From Candidatus Terrybacteria bacterium RIFCSPHIGHO2_01_FULL_43_35 (lineage in GTDB: Bacteria > Patescibacteriota > Minisyncoccia > Terrybacterales > GWB1-40-14), in assembly GCA_001822815.1 (NCBI GenBank), contig MHSR01000025.1, forward strand, positions 1-50,230: a stretch of DNA of 50,230 bases, given 5' to 3'. Below, piece after piece: positions 9,098-18,719 of this stretch (the first letter of the stretch is position 1; the number at the start of each line of letters is the position of its first letter). The notes under the pieces are model-generated. The model ran no database searches and was not told the DNA's origin. It was given only the letters and a program-made list of their open reading frames with translations. The position numbers were made by a program, and so were the translations under genes.

Positions 9098-11785
9098 ATG
9101 AAAGGACTTGTTGTATATAAAGCCTTTTTTGCCACAGCTTTTGCAGTGGCGATTTTATTTTTTGCGATTTGTGCCCAGGCTCAGGATATAGATCAAAATA
9201 TCATCACTAATATTACTTTAGACGCCTATGGCCAGCCAATAACAAACTTGCCCCCGTCAACCCAAAACTCTTCAAATAGCGACGTGCCTCAAATACTGCC
9301 TCGCAGTACCTGGGAAAATACCATAGAACTCAAGAATTTGATGTTGTGGTTCCCAGAGGAAGATCATGTGCCACCGGATTATGCAGCCATAGAAAGAATA
9401 ATCGTGCATGACTTGGGCTGCTCTCTTTCTTCGCCAGCCTGCAACAGCGATACTGTAAATCCGGTTTATTTAATACAAAATATTTATCGTTTCCATGCCG
9501 CGCAGCGCGGGTGGGATGATATCGGCTACAATTATATAATTGACCGTCAGGGTCGCATTTATGAAGGTAAATTTGGCGGCAATGGCGTAAGGGGCGCGCA
9601 TGCCTACGTAAGCTCGAGATGCGAAAATTTTAATATTGGCAGTGTGGGGATTTTATTGTTGGGCAACTATTCCTCACCCCAGATAACACCGTTGCCGGAG
9701 GCTATGCAAAAAAGCTTAGTTAGACTTTCCGCGTGGATTGCGGCAACAAACGGATTAGATCTCACAGGAGTTTCAACCGAAAAAATATGGAAGAATATAA
9801 AAGTTTCAGACGGCAGCTGCGATATATCTCAGGGAGACTGGTCCGGAACATTTAGCGGACCGGTACTATTAAGTCATGGAGATGTTGAGCCCGGCAATTC
9901 CGATAAGTTTGATTTTACGAATTTACGTATCGAAGCTAAGCTCTATACGGACAAAATAAAAAATTTGGCGTACAGAGAAAATAACAGTACTTCTGCATAT
10001 AAAATTTCTGATGGAGTACTAAGAGAATTTGTGTCAGGGAGTCAAGATGAGGTTGTAGTCATGCCTAAAACACAACTCGATCTTTTCCCAATTGAGGTTT
10101 CAACAAAACTGCCGGACGGAACACTATTACGTTCTTACACACGCGATAGAATATATGTAATTGAAAATGGCAAGAGGAGAGGCATTACATCATCCGAACT
10201 TTTCACGTCTTTAGGATATAAATGGGAAGAGGTAAAATTGCTTTCTGACAGAGGCTTGGCTCTTTATCCGCTCGGCGATTCCAAGCCCTATCCGGATGGA
10301 GCTTTAGTTAAAGGAAATGGACCAGAAGTTTATAAATTTGAATCTTCGGCTTTAAGATACATAACTTCAACGGCCCTATTTCCAATTTTCCATTTTAGTT
10401 GGTCAAAGATAATAAAAATAAGCGATAAGGATCTTAATTCTTATTCGCAAGGTCCACCGATATTATTTCCAGATGGTACGCTTATAAGTACAGGTAAACC
10501 AAAAGCAATAATATATAAGGTGGAAGAAGGTCAAAAACGGCCGATAAGTTCAATGATTTTATTCGCAAAACTTAAGCTAAATTCCAAAAACGTCAAAAAG
10601 TTAAGCGAAAAAGAAGTAAGCTACTATCCGAGCGGCAAGTATATATCTTGGCCCGACGGAACCTTGTTGAAAACTAAGGATAACGACAAAATATGGTATA
10701 TTCAAAAAGGTTTTAAGCGCTGGATACAAAGCGCGGTGGTTTTCAAAGCCGCTGGATTTTCATGGAAATCGATAAACGTAATTTCGGCTGATGAATTAAG
10801 CGATTATCCGGAAGCGCAGGTGATTGCCAAAAAGGCGGATATAAAAGCCGCTCCCGTTGCTGTCGTGCAAGGCGATCAAACCTCAAGCGGCCAGGCTAGT
10901 TCCGAACAGCCAACAATTCCAGGCGCGACTTCGCAAGAATCAATAATAAGAATAGGTATTTATTCTCTTTTAAGCACAGAAAGTATCAGTATAAGTGTAA
11001 ATTCTGCTTATACCATAACCAGGACGAGCGCAGCCGACGAACAAAAAAATGCCGGCGATATGGTTAATATCGTTCCTTCGCAGAATTCGGTAATTCGTAT
11101 AATTCCTAAAGACGATAATGCCATAATAACAGTTAATTCCTATTCTAATCCTGCCTACAATGGAGGTAACGACAATACCTTCAGAGGCAAAATGGAAATC
11201 GCTTATTCAAGCGCCTCTCAAAAATACTGGGTTATAAATGAATTGTCAGTTGAATCGTATTTGAAAGGCATTGCCGAAATGGGCAATGGCGAACATCCAG
11301 AATACGCCAAAGCTTTTATGACAGCTGCTCGTTCGTACGCTTTACATTATGTACAAATAGGCGGTAAACGAGCCGGAGAAATTTTTCATCTCAATAATAC
11401 GTCAGGCGATCAATGGTATAAGGGATATAATTTTGAATTGCGCGCTAAAGACACTGTTGTGGCTGTGCTGGCTACACGCGGCATGGTTGCGTCGTTTAAC
11501 AGTAAGCCAATTTTGGCCGCGTATTCATCCGGCGCTCCCGGACCAACAAAAAACGCCTGTTTGGTTTGGGGCGGTAAATTTTGTACTGCCGACTTCCCTT
11601 ATCTTGGTGGAGGCGTTGATGATCCGCCGTCTACCGTCTATAAAAACATAGCCTGTTCTGATGCCAATCATTGTGTAGGCCTTGATGCCGATGGTGCCAG
11701 ACAAATGGCTTCTATAGGAGTTAATTTTGAAAATATACTTAAAACTTATTATTCAAGCACGATATTAACGCAGATATATAAATAA
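9098..11785 (+). CDS. secreted peptidoglycan hydrolase: Amidase_2 (PGRP-like) + four DGTL repeats + SpoIID/LytB domain
   Basis: Signal peptide; IIVH, RGWDDIGYNYII, GAHA, HGDV; INELSVESYLKGIAE, AARSYA, HCVGL..GA, ILKTYY. Confidence 0.85.
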   Translation: MKGLVVYKAFFATAFAVAILFFAICAQAQDIDQNIITNITLDAYGQPITNLPPSTQNSSNSDVPQILPRSTWENTIELKNLMLWFPEEDHVPPDYAAIERIIVHDLGCSLSSPACNSDTVNPVYLIQNIYRFHAAQRGWDDIGYNYIIDRQGRIYEGKFGGNGVRGAHAYVSSRCENFNIGSVGILLLGNYSSPQITPLPEAMQKSLVRLSAWIAATNGLDLTGVSTEKIWKNIKVSDGSCDISQGDWSGTFSGPVLLSHGDVEPGNSDKFDFTNLRIEAKLYTDKIKNLAYRENNSTSAYKISDGVLREFVSGSQDEVVVMPKTQLDLFPIEVSTKLPDGTLLRSYTRDRIYVIENGKRRGITSSELFTSLGYKWEEVKLLSDRGLALYPLGDSKPYPDGALVKGNGPEVYKFESSALRYITSTALFPIFHFSWSKIIKISDKDLNSYSQGPPILFPDGTLISTGKPKAIIYKVEEGQKRPISSMILFAKLKLNSKNVKKLSEKEVSYYPSGKYISWPDGTLLKTKDNDKIWYIQKGFKRWIQSAVVFKAAGFSWKSINVISADELSDYPEAQVIAKKADIKAAPVAVVQGDQTSSGQASSEQPTIPGATSQESIIRIGIYSLLSTESISISVNSAYTITRTSAADEQKNAGDMVNIVPSQNSVIRIIPKDDNAIITVNSYSNPAYNGGNDNTFRGKMEIAYSSASQKYWVINELSVESYLKGIAEMGNGEHPEYAKAFMTAARSYALHYVQIGGKRAGEIFHLNNTSGDQWYKGYNFELRAKDTVVAVLATRGMVASFNSKPILAAYSSGAPGPTKNACLVWGGKFCTADFPYLGGGVDDPPSTVYKNIACSDANHCVGLDADGARQMASIGVNFENILKTYYSSTILTQIYK
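10112..10813 (+). repeat. four ~60-aa tandem protein repeats inside the amidase-SpoIID gene
   Basis: PDGTLL/PDGALV/PDGTLI/PDGTLL..Y.I..G.KR.I.S...F......W.....S...L..YP.G. Confidence 0.85.
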
Positions 11786-11914
11786 AAAAGTCCCTTACCG
11801 AGAGATAGCAACGAGGGAATAGATTATCGCGATGAGAGACTGCGGACAAATAGATTACCGGTTATTCTTATTCGGCGGTACCAACCCAAATTGAGTAATA
11901 TTGTATGACATAAC

Positions 11915-12844
11915 ATGGTTCAGCAAAAGATTTTCATTATTGTATTAAATTGGAACGGTTGGCAAGACACTATCCAATGCCTAAACTCTCTTAAAACCGT
12001 CTCAGGCGGTCCGTTTAATATACTTGTGGTTGACAATGCGTCAACTGATGAATCTGTTGAGGAAATTAGTGAATATATTCAAAATCATCAACAACAAAAA
12101 ATTGCATTATTACAGAACGATAAAAATTATGGTTTTGCCGGTGGAAACAACAAGGGCATCAAAATAGCGCTTGAGCAAGGAGCCGAATGGATACTCCTGC
12201 TTAATAACGATACACAAGTTAACGAAAGTTTTATCAGCGAATTATTAAAAGTCGCCCAATCGAATCATAGATTCGGTATGCTCAACCCGAAAATTTTATA
12301 TGGTGAGCCAGGGGCGACAAAGCTAATTTGGTTTATTGGGAGCAAAATAAATCCTGTAACCATGCGCGCTACGCATATTGATTATCAAAAACAGGATATC
12401 GGGCAATATGACACCAAACAATTTATTAAAAGTGATTATGCTACCGGTTGCTGTGTATTAGTTTCGGCTAAATTAATAGAAAAAATAGGCATGATGCCAG
12501 AAGATTATTTTTTATACTATGAAGATGCCGAATGGAGCCTGAAAGCCAGGAAACAAGGTTTCAAGTGCGTGGTTGTACCAAGCTCCGTAATTTGGCACAA
12601 AGGCGCGGCATCAAGTAAGGCCGGTTCATCAAATTATATACGCTATCACGTACGAAACGGTTTAATGTTCGTTTCCCGCAACGGCAATTTTGTCCAAATA
12701 TTGCTAGCATATTTAACTAGTATTCCAAGATTTTTATGGCAAGTGATCAAACTAATATTTGTACCGTCCAAAAGATTATGGGCCAAAGCAGCGATGCGCG
12801 GTATAATAGATGTCTGGCTTAAGAAAAAAGGCAAAATTGATTAA
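11915..12844 (+). CDS. glycosyltransferase family 2
   Basis: IIVLNWNG, VVDNASTD, GFAGGNN, LLNND, YFLYYEDAEW. Confidence 0.93.
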   Translation: MVQQKIFIIVLNWNGWQDTIQCLNSLKTVSGGPFNILVVDNASTDESVEEISEYIQNHQQQKIALLQNDKNYGFAGGNNKGIKIALEQGAEWILLLNNDTQVNESFISELLKVAQSNHRFGMLNPKILYGEPGATKLIWFIGSKINPVTMRATHIDYQKQDIGQYDTKQFIKSDYATGCCVLVSAKLIEKIGMMPEDYFLYYEDAEWSLKARKQGFKCVVVPSSVIWHKGAASSKAGSSNYIRYHVRNGLMFVSRNGNFVQILLAYLTSIPRFLWQVIKLIFVPSKRLWAKAAMRGIIDVWLKKKGKID

Positions 12845-12846
12845 TT

Positions 12847-13995
12847 ATGAAGATGGCCATAGATGCGCATTGTTTAGAGGGTAACCGTACCGGCGTTGGC
12901 CGGTATCTTTCAAGTATACTTAAAGAATGGCGCAAGGCTAACCTTAAACACGAAATAATACTTTATTTCAAAGACGAGATACCGGAAGATTTTTCTGCAC
13001 TCAACAATTTTTTCATTCCGAAATTACTGCCGCGAATATTTGGCAGGCGTAGCACTTTTCTTTTTATCCATTTTGCCATACCAAAAGCCGTCAAAGATGA
13101 TTCACCGCAGGTATTTTTTGCTCCAGAATATATAGCTCCGTTGGGATTGAAAATCCCGCTGGTACTTACCTTGCACGATATAATTTATGCCTCAAAACCA
13201 AAACTACATTCTTGGCCAAGTCCTTTTGACCGAATTTTTCTAGGCATGGTTTCGAAACGTGCGGCCAAAAAAGCCGCAGCTATACTTGTCCCATCAGAAT
13301 TCACAAAACTTGAAGTAATGCGCGTTTGGTCAATAGGGAAGAAAAAAATTTTTATAACACAATTGGCGGCTGGCAAAGAATTCACGCGCACGCAAGATAA
13401 GGGACTAATTGAAAAAATCAAAAATATTTACGGCATTACCGATAAATTTTTTATGTTTGTCGGTTCAGCTTTCCCAAGACGACATGTGCTGGAATGTATG
13501 AAAGCTTTTGCCAAAATCGCAGACCAAAATAGTGATTACCAATTTTTGATAGCCGGTGTTGATTGCTATAAAAAACCGGGCATACTTGATACCGTTGCCA
13601 AAAATTTTAATCAAGAACTTGGCCGAGAAGCCTTAGTAAGAAAAAATTTTGCTGCAAGTTCAGATCTACCAATTTTATATAGCGCGGCTGAGGCAACGAT
13701 ATGGCTTTCGGATTATGAAGGCTTCGGTCTTCCACCCCTTGAATCAATTTCTTGCGGGACGCCAGTTATTACCAATAAAGCTGGATCTTTGCCAGAAGTT
13801 GTAGGAGATTGTGCTTTTTTTGTCAGCGATCCATCAGACGCAAGCTTAATTTCATATGCCATGCTTAAAATAATCGAGGGGGGAAGAAATAAAGAGGCGC
13901 TTCAGTTATGTGGTCCCAATCGCGCAAAAAATTTTTCTTGGGAACAATGTGCTAAACAAACAATGGAAATTTTAATCAGTTGTGCCGGAAAATAA
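12847..13995 (+). CDS. glycosyltransferase family 4 (GT-B, group 1)
   Basis: TGVGRY, TLHD, YEGFGLPPLE, SLPEV, FSW. Confidence 0.93.
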   Translation: MKMAIDAHCLEGNRTGVGRYLSSILKEWRKANLKHEIILYFKDEIPEDFSALNNFFIPKLLPRIFGRRSTFLFIHFAIPKAVKDDSPQVFFAPEYIAPLGLKIPLVLTLHDIIYASKPKLHSWPSPFDRIFLGMVSKRAAKKAAAILVPSEFTKLEVMRVWSIGKKKIFITQLAAGKEFTRTQDKGLIEKIKNIYGITDKFFMFVGSAFPRRHVLECMKAFAKIADQNSDYQFLIAGVDCYKKPGILDTVAKNFNQELGREALVRKNFAASSDLPILYSAAEATIWLSDYEGFGLPPLESISCGTPVITNKAGSLPEVVGDCAFFVSDPSDASLISYAMLKIIEGGRNKEALQLCGPNRAKNFSWEQCAKQTMEILISCAGK

Positions 13996-13996
13996 T

Positions 13997-15778
13997 ATGA
14001 CTGCTGTCAAAAAAATGGTCTTCTTGACTACCGCTGAGGCAATCTGCGTTTTTGCCATATATGCCGGCGTTTTGCCGTCAAAGACAGTCTTTGTATTGTT
14101 GGGCGGTTTAATATTAGTCATGGCAATTTTATCTTTGGATGAAGCAGTGATTTTTTTTGTACTTTCCATACCATTGTTTACCGCATTACCCCTAAGCATC
14201 GATTTTGATAATTTTGCGGCTTGGCGAATAATTGTTTTGTGGCTTTTTTCTGTTTGGATTTTCCGGCAACGTAAAACCGTATCAGCATTGAACTTAAGTC
14301 GGATAAAAAGTTTGTTATTACAGATCAACGTTTTTGAATGGTGCATCATGAGTTTATTTTCAGTCAGCTCGTTTTCTTTATTAGTTGCGGAAGATATTGG
14401 GTTTGGACTGCGTAAACTTATTTTTCTCGCAAATTTTATTCCATTATATATATTAGTTCGTTGGTTAAGCGCTCAAAGCGGCCCCAGAAATAAAATTTTA
14501 TTAAGCATTTCTTTAGCCGGATGCATTGCTGTTTTCGGAGGAATATTGCAATTTATCGTCATCCAATTTATTTCTCTTCATACATTCTGGAAACACTGGG
14601 CCCAGTGGGTTATACCTGTCTTTTACGGCAGCGGTCTTGGCGGGGTTTTGTCTGCCAGCAACACGTGGTTTTCTTATTATTCTAATGCGCCTCCAACATT
14701 GAGACTTTTTTCCTTTTTTCCAGATTCACATTCATTCGGTTTATTTTCTCTTATTGCTACCTTACCTACGCTTATTATTTTTAAAATATCTGCGGGATTA
14801 GCACGAAAAATAATGCTGACGCTGTGGATAATTTTATCATTATCTATATATCTTTCGGGAACACGTGGATTATGGCTTGCGGCTTTACCGATATTTTTTG
14901 GAGTTTTGCTAATTTATCTGCTCACAAACCACTTTCTTAATATCAAAAGAAGGTTGGCAGTAACCTTTTTGATTTCTTTTGTCGTAACAGTTTCTTTAGA
15001 AGCGTTAGTTTTGAACAATATTGCTATGATTGTAGCCTTCGGCGCATGCACTAAAATGCCTTTACTTTGTTCAAATCTATTAAATAGCGCATTTGAGTTG
15101 CCGTATAATCTTTGGGTTATAGTCTTGGGGCTCACGAGCGCATTGTTGATAACGCTAATAACTTACTGGTTAACGATCAAAAAACATGTCATGGAATATT
15201 CCTTAGCTAGAATAATACTTTTACCGCTTTTAGCTTTTCTATTACTATTGCCGGTATCCTCCATATTACTATCACGAGCTCACGGTGCAGGCGTAGTTAC
15301 AAAAGATGAAACACTTATTTTTAACCGAGCCAAATCAATCTTAGATATAAACGAAACCTCAAATAAGGCCCGTCTGGATATATGGCAAATCACAGCAAAA
15401 TCTGTTTTGGCCCATCCGATTTTCGGAGTTGGTCTTGGAAATTATGCCAAAGTATTAGGCGAAAAATTTGAAGCTAGCCGCCGTGGGGCTTCAGCTCATA
15501 ATTTATATCTTGATTTTGCCGCGGAAACTGGCCTCGTTGGCGGAGGTTTACTGATTGCGTTCTTTTGTACCATAATTTTTTATAGCTATAGGTTATTAAG
15601 ATATGCAAAGGAAGAAAGATTGAAAATTACCGGAGCCATTTTTGGCATTTACTTTTTATGGATAATGTTCTACAATTTTTTTGATGTCGTACTGATAAAT
15701 GATAAGGTTCTGTTATTGTTTTCATCGTTACTCGGGGCCTTCTCGGGTATTTTTATTGAAAAACGTTCGCGTATCTAA
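13997..15778 (+). CDS. O-antigen ligase (Wzy_C/WaaL-like) family membrane protein
   Basis: Many TM helices; SGTRG, RLDIW, PIFGVGLGNY, AHNLYLDFAAETGLVG; start at ATG 13997. Confidence 0.88.
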   Translation: MTAVKKMVFLTTAEAICVFAIYAGVLPSKTVFVLLGGLILVMAILSLDEAVIFFVLSIPLFTALPLSIDFDNFAAWRIIVLWLFSVWIFRQRKTVSALNLSRIKSLLLQINVFEWCIMSLFSVSSFSLLVAEDIGFGLRKLIFLANFIPLYILVRWLSAQSGPRNKILLSISLAGCIAVFGGILQFIVIQFISLHTFWKHWAQWVIPVFYGSGLGGVLSASNTWFSYYSNAPPTLRLFSFFPDSHSFGLFSLIATLPTLIIFKISAGLARKIMLTLWIILSLSIYLSGTRGLWLAALPIFFGVLLIYLLTNHFLNIKRRLAVTFLISFVVTVSLEALVLNNIAMIVAFGACTKMPLLCSNLLNSAFELPYNLWVIVLGLTSALLITLITYWLTIKKHVMEYSLARIILLPLLAFLLLLPVSSILLSRAHGAGVVTKDETLIFNRAKSILDINETSNKARLDIWQITAKSVLAHPIFGVGLGNYAKVLGEKFEASRRGASAHNLYLDFAAETGLVGGGLLIAFFCTIIFYSYRLLRYAKEERLKITGAIFGIYFLWIMFYNFFDVVLINDKVLLLFSSLLGAFSGIFIEKRSRI

Positions 15779-15780
15779 TT

Positions 15781-16824
15781 ATGCAAAACCAGCCCCTTGT
15801 TTCTGTAAATATGGTTGTTTATAACGGCATGCACTGGCTAGAAAAATGTCTTGATTCTTTATTAAACCAGACATATCCAAATATCGAAATTTTGATTCTT
15901 GACAACGGCTCCAAGGACGGAAGTCGAAAATGGCTCCAGGATTTTACATCAAAATATGAAAAGATTAGATTAGTGTTAAATGAAAAAAATCTTGGCTTTG
16001 CGTCAGCGCATAATATCGGAATAAAAATGGCCAAAGGTAAATTCGTTTGTCTTTTAAACCAGGATATTATTTTAGACGAACAATTTATTGCAAACGCGCT
16101 CACTGGGTTTGTTTTTGGAAATACAGATAATGCTAGAATAGCTGCGGTTCAGAGTAAACTCTGTCGTTTGACACAAAATCTTAAGAAAACGAATATTCTT
16201 GACTCAACAGGTTTGGTTATATTAAAAAATCGCCGGGTAATAAGCCGAGGGCAAGGACAAGAAGATCGCGGCCAATACGAACAAAGAAAATTCATTTTTG
16301 GCGCAGACGGAGCGTTACCTTTATACAGCAAGGAAGCGTTGGAGGATATAAAAATTCCAACAGCAAATGGAGAATGGGAATATTTTGATGAAGATTATTT
16401 TATGTATAAGGAAGATGTCGATTTGGCTTGGCGTTTTATTCTTTTTGGATGGAGAACAGTTTATATACCGGAGGCTAAAGCCTGGCACGCGCGTGGTGCA
16501 GGAGAATCCGCCGCAAGATCTTCTATGGCCATAATAAAAGAACGAAGAAAGGTGCCTTCATGGACAAAATTCTATTCATGGAAAAATCAGCGCTTAATGC
16601 AGGTTAAAAATGAATCATCGGCATTATTTATAAAACATTTACCGTTAATTTTATGGAAGGAATTTCGCTCTTTATTATATATAATTTTTTTAGAACCACA
16701 GAATCTCAAAGCTATACCGGCGTTTATAATGCAGTTTCCTAAAGCTCTACGTAAACGTTCCTACATTACTCGTCATAAGCGCATAAACGACAACGAAATG
16801 AATCAATGGTTTAATCAGACATGA
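15781..16824 (+). CDS. glycosyltransferase family 2
   Basis: LDNGSKDG, LLNQD, FDEDYFMYKEDVDLAWR. Confidence 0.93.
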   Translation: MQNQPLVSVNMVVYNGMHWLEKCLDSLLNQTYPNIEILILDNGSKDGSRKWLQDFTSKYEKIRLVLNEKNLGFASAHNIGIKMAKGKFVCLLNQDIILDEQFIANALTGFVFGNTDNARIAAVQSKLCRLTQNLKKTNILDSTGLVILKNRRVISRGQGQEDRGQYEQRKFIFGADGALPLYSKEALEDIKIPTANGEWEYFDEDYFMYKEDVDLAWRFILFGWRTVYIPEAKAWHARGAGESAARSSMAIIKERRKVPSWTKFYSWKNQRLMQVKNESSALFIKHLPLILWKEFRSLLYIIFLEPQNLKAIPAFIMQFPKALRKRSYITRHKRINDNEMNQWFNQT

Positions 16825-17876
16825 ATAAATCTTCAGAAATAAAAAATAATATTTCAGAAAAAATAAATAAATTGAAGAATGTCGCAACCGCAGATAAAAA
16901 AGGGGTTAAGCTAAAACCGCTTATTTTCTTTTTGAGCGGATTTTTATTCGTATCCGCTTTATTCACAATAATTTTGATATTCAAAGCCAATACGACTTTT
17001 AATATCGTGTCGCAACGTATAACCTCATTTTTAAGTGTTAATCTTGCCAATCTCCCTCCTGCCGATCCAAAGGAACGTGAGCGTCTAGATGTTTTAATTC
17101 TGGGCATACGCGGCGAAAACGACCCTTACGGCGGACAACTAACAGATACGATTATTCTGGCAAGTATAAATACTAAATCGCATAAGACGGCATTAATTTC
17201 TATTCCTCGCGATACATATATTAAACTGCCGATAGTTAATACTTCGGCTAAACTTAATGAAGCATATGAGGTGGGAGAACATAAACAACCCAATGGCGGC
17301 GGCATAGCTTTAGCTAAATTGGCCGTCGAGAAAATAGCAGGGGTTAATATAGACTATGCAATAGTGATTGATTTTTTGGCCTTTAAGGAAACGGTCGATC
17401 TTTTGGGCGGAATTGATGTGAATGCGGCCAAACCACTTCACGAGAATTTACAGTGGGGCGGCAAGGATTTTGTTGTCGAACCGGGCATAAACCATATGGA
17501 TGGAGACACGGCCCTATTTTACGTACGCTCACGTTTTACCACTTCTGATTTTGATAGAGCCAGGCGTCAACAAGAAGTCATATTGGCCATAAAACAAAAA
17601 GCGACCTCACTTGGATTTATTTCAAGTCCACAAAAATTATTTGGCGTGCTTGATATTCTCGGCCGCCACGTCAAAACTGATTTAACCGCATCCGAAATTT
17701 CAAAACTATATTCTATCGGTCAAAAAATTGACTCTTTTAATGTTCGTCTCAAGATTATTGATACGTCGGAAGACTTACTTATACCATCTTATAATGATGC
17801 CGGCGCTTATATATTATTGCCGGCAGGAAACGATTTTTCACAAATCCATGACGTTGTTCGCAATATCCTCAATTGA
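16821..17876 (+). CDS. LCP (LytR-CpsA-Psr) family protein
   Basis: N-terminal TM; LTDTI, ISIPRD, KLNEAY, RSR...DFDRARRQQ. Confidence 0.94.
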   Translation: MNKSSEIKNNISEKINKLKNVATADKKGVKLKPLIFFLSGFLFVSALFTIILIFKANTTFNIVSQRITSFLSVNLANLPPADPKERERLDVLILGIRGENDPYGGQLTDTIILASINTKSHKTALISIPRDTYIKLPIVNTSAKLNEAYEVGEHKQPNGGGIALAKLAVEKIAGVNIDYAIVIDFLAFKETVDLLGGIDVNAAKPLHENLQWGGKDFVVEPGINHMDGDTALFYVRSRFTTSDFDRARRQQEVILAIKQKATSLGFISSPQKLFGVLDILGRHVKTDLTASEISKLYSIGQKIDSFNVRLKIIDTSEDLLIPSYNDAGAYILLPAGNDFSQIHDVVRNILN

Positions 17877-17885
17877 TTTATAAAA

Positions 17886-18716
17886 ATGCTTTCAATAATA
17901 ATCACACATTATAAAACACCCCATCTGCTGAAGCTCTCATTACGCTCAATAGAAGAAACGTGTAAAGATATGAAGCCCGAGATTATAGTTAGCGAATCTG
18001 AAGTACAAGATGAAACCAAAGAAATATTGGAGCATGAATTCCCTCATGTAAAGCATTTGGCTTTTACTGAAAATGTTGGTTATGCCAAACTAGTAAACGG
18101 GGGTATTTTAAACAGTCAGGGTGAATACATACTAATTTTAAATGCGGACATTGTATTATTAGATAATACCGTTGAGTTTCTAGTTGATTTTTTAACCAAA
18201 CACGATGAAGTCGGAATGGTCGGACCAAAGTTGTTGAATTTTAACGATACGCATCAATATTCGTGCTTTAAATTTTACAGGCCCTTCACGGTTATAGCTC
18301 GAAGAACTTTTTTGGCTAAAACATATTTCGGTAAGAAAGAGATAAAATCTTTTCTTATGCTAAATGAGCTGAATAAAAACGCTAACAAGCCCCTAACGGT
18401 TGATTGGTTAATGGGATCGATCATATGCGTTAAGCGTTCCGCTGTAAATAAAGTTGGTCTGTTAGACGAAAGATTCTTTATGTATTTTGAAGACGTTGAC
18501 TGGTGCAGACGCTTTTGGGAAAATGGGTTGCAAGTTATTTATTACCCAAAAGCACAGGCTTACCACTACCACCAAAAAGCCAGTGATGCCGGCAGGGGAA
18601 TGCTGGATGTTTTTTTCAACAAACAAACCAGAATACACGCTTCCAGCGCCATAAAATACTTCAAAAAATATCGGGGTAAATCCATGCCAGCTTTAAGATC
18701 GCAATCAAAAATATAA
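17886..18716 (+). CDS. glycosyltransferase family 2 (WbbL-like)
   Basis: ILNAD, VDWLMG, LDERFFMYFEDVDWCRR. Confidence 0.92.
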   Translation: MLSIIITHYKTPHLLKLSLRSIEETCKDMKPEIIVSESEVQDETKEILEHEFPHVKHLAFTENVGYAKLVNGGILNSQGEYILILNADIVLLDNTVEFLVDFLTKHDEVGMVGPKLLNFNDTHQYSCFKFYRPFTVIARRTFLAKTYFGKKEIKSFLMLNELNKNANKPLTVDWLMGSIICVKRSAVNKVGLLDERFFMYFEDVDWCRRFWENGLQVIYYPKAQAYHYHQKASDAGRGMLDVFFNKQTRIHASSAIKYFKKYRGKSMPALRSQSKI

Positions 18717-18719
18717 TTT

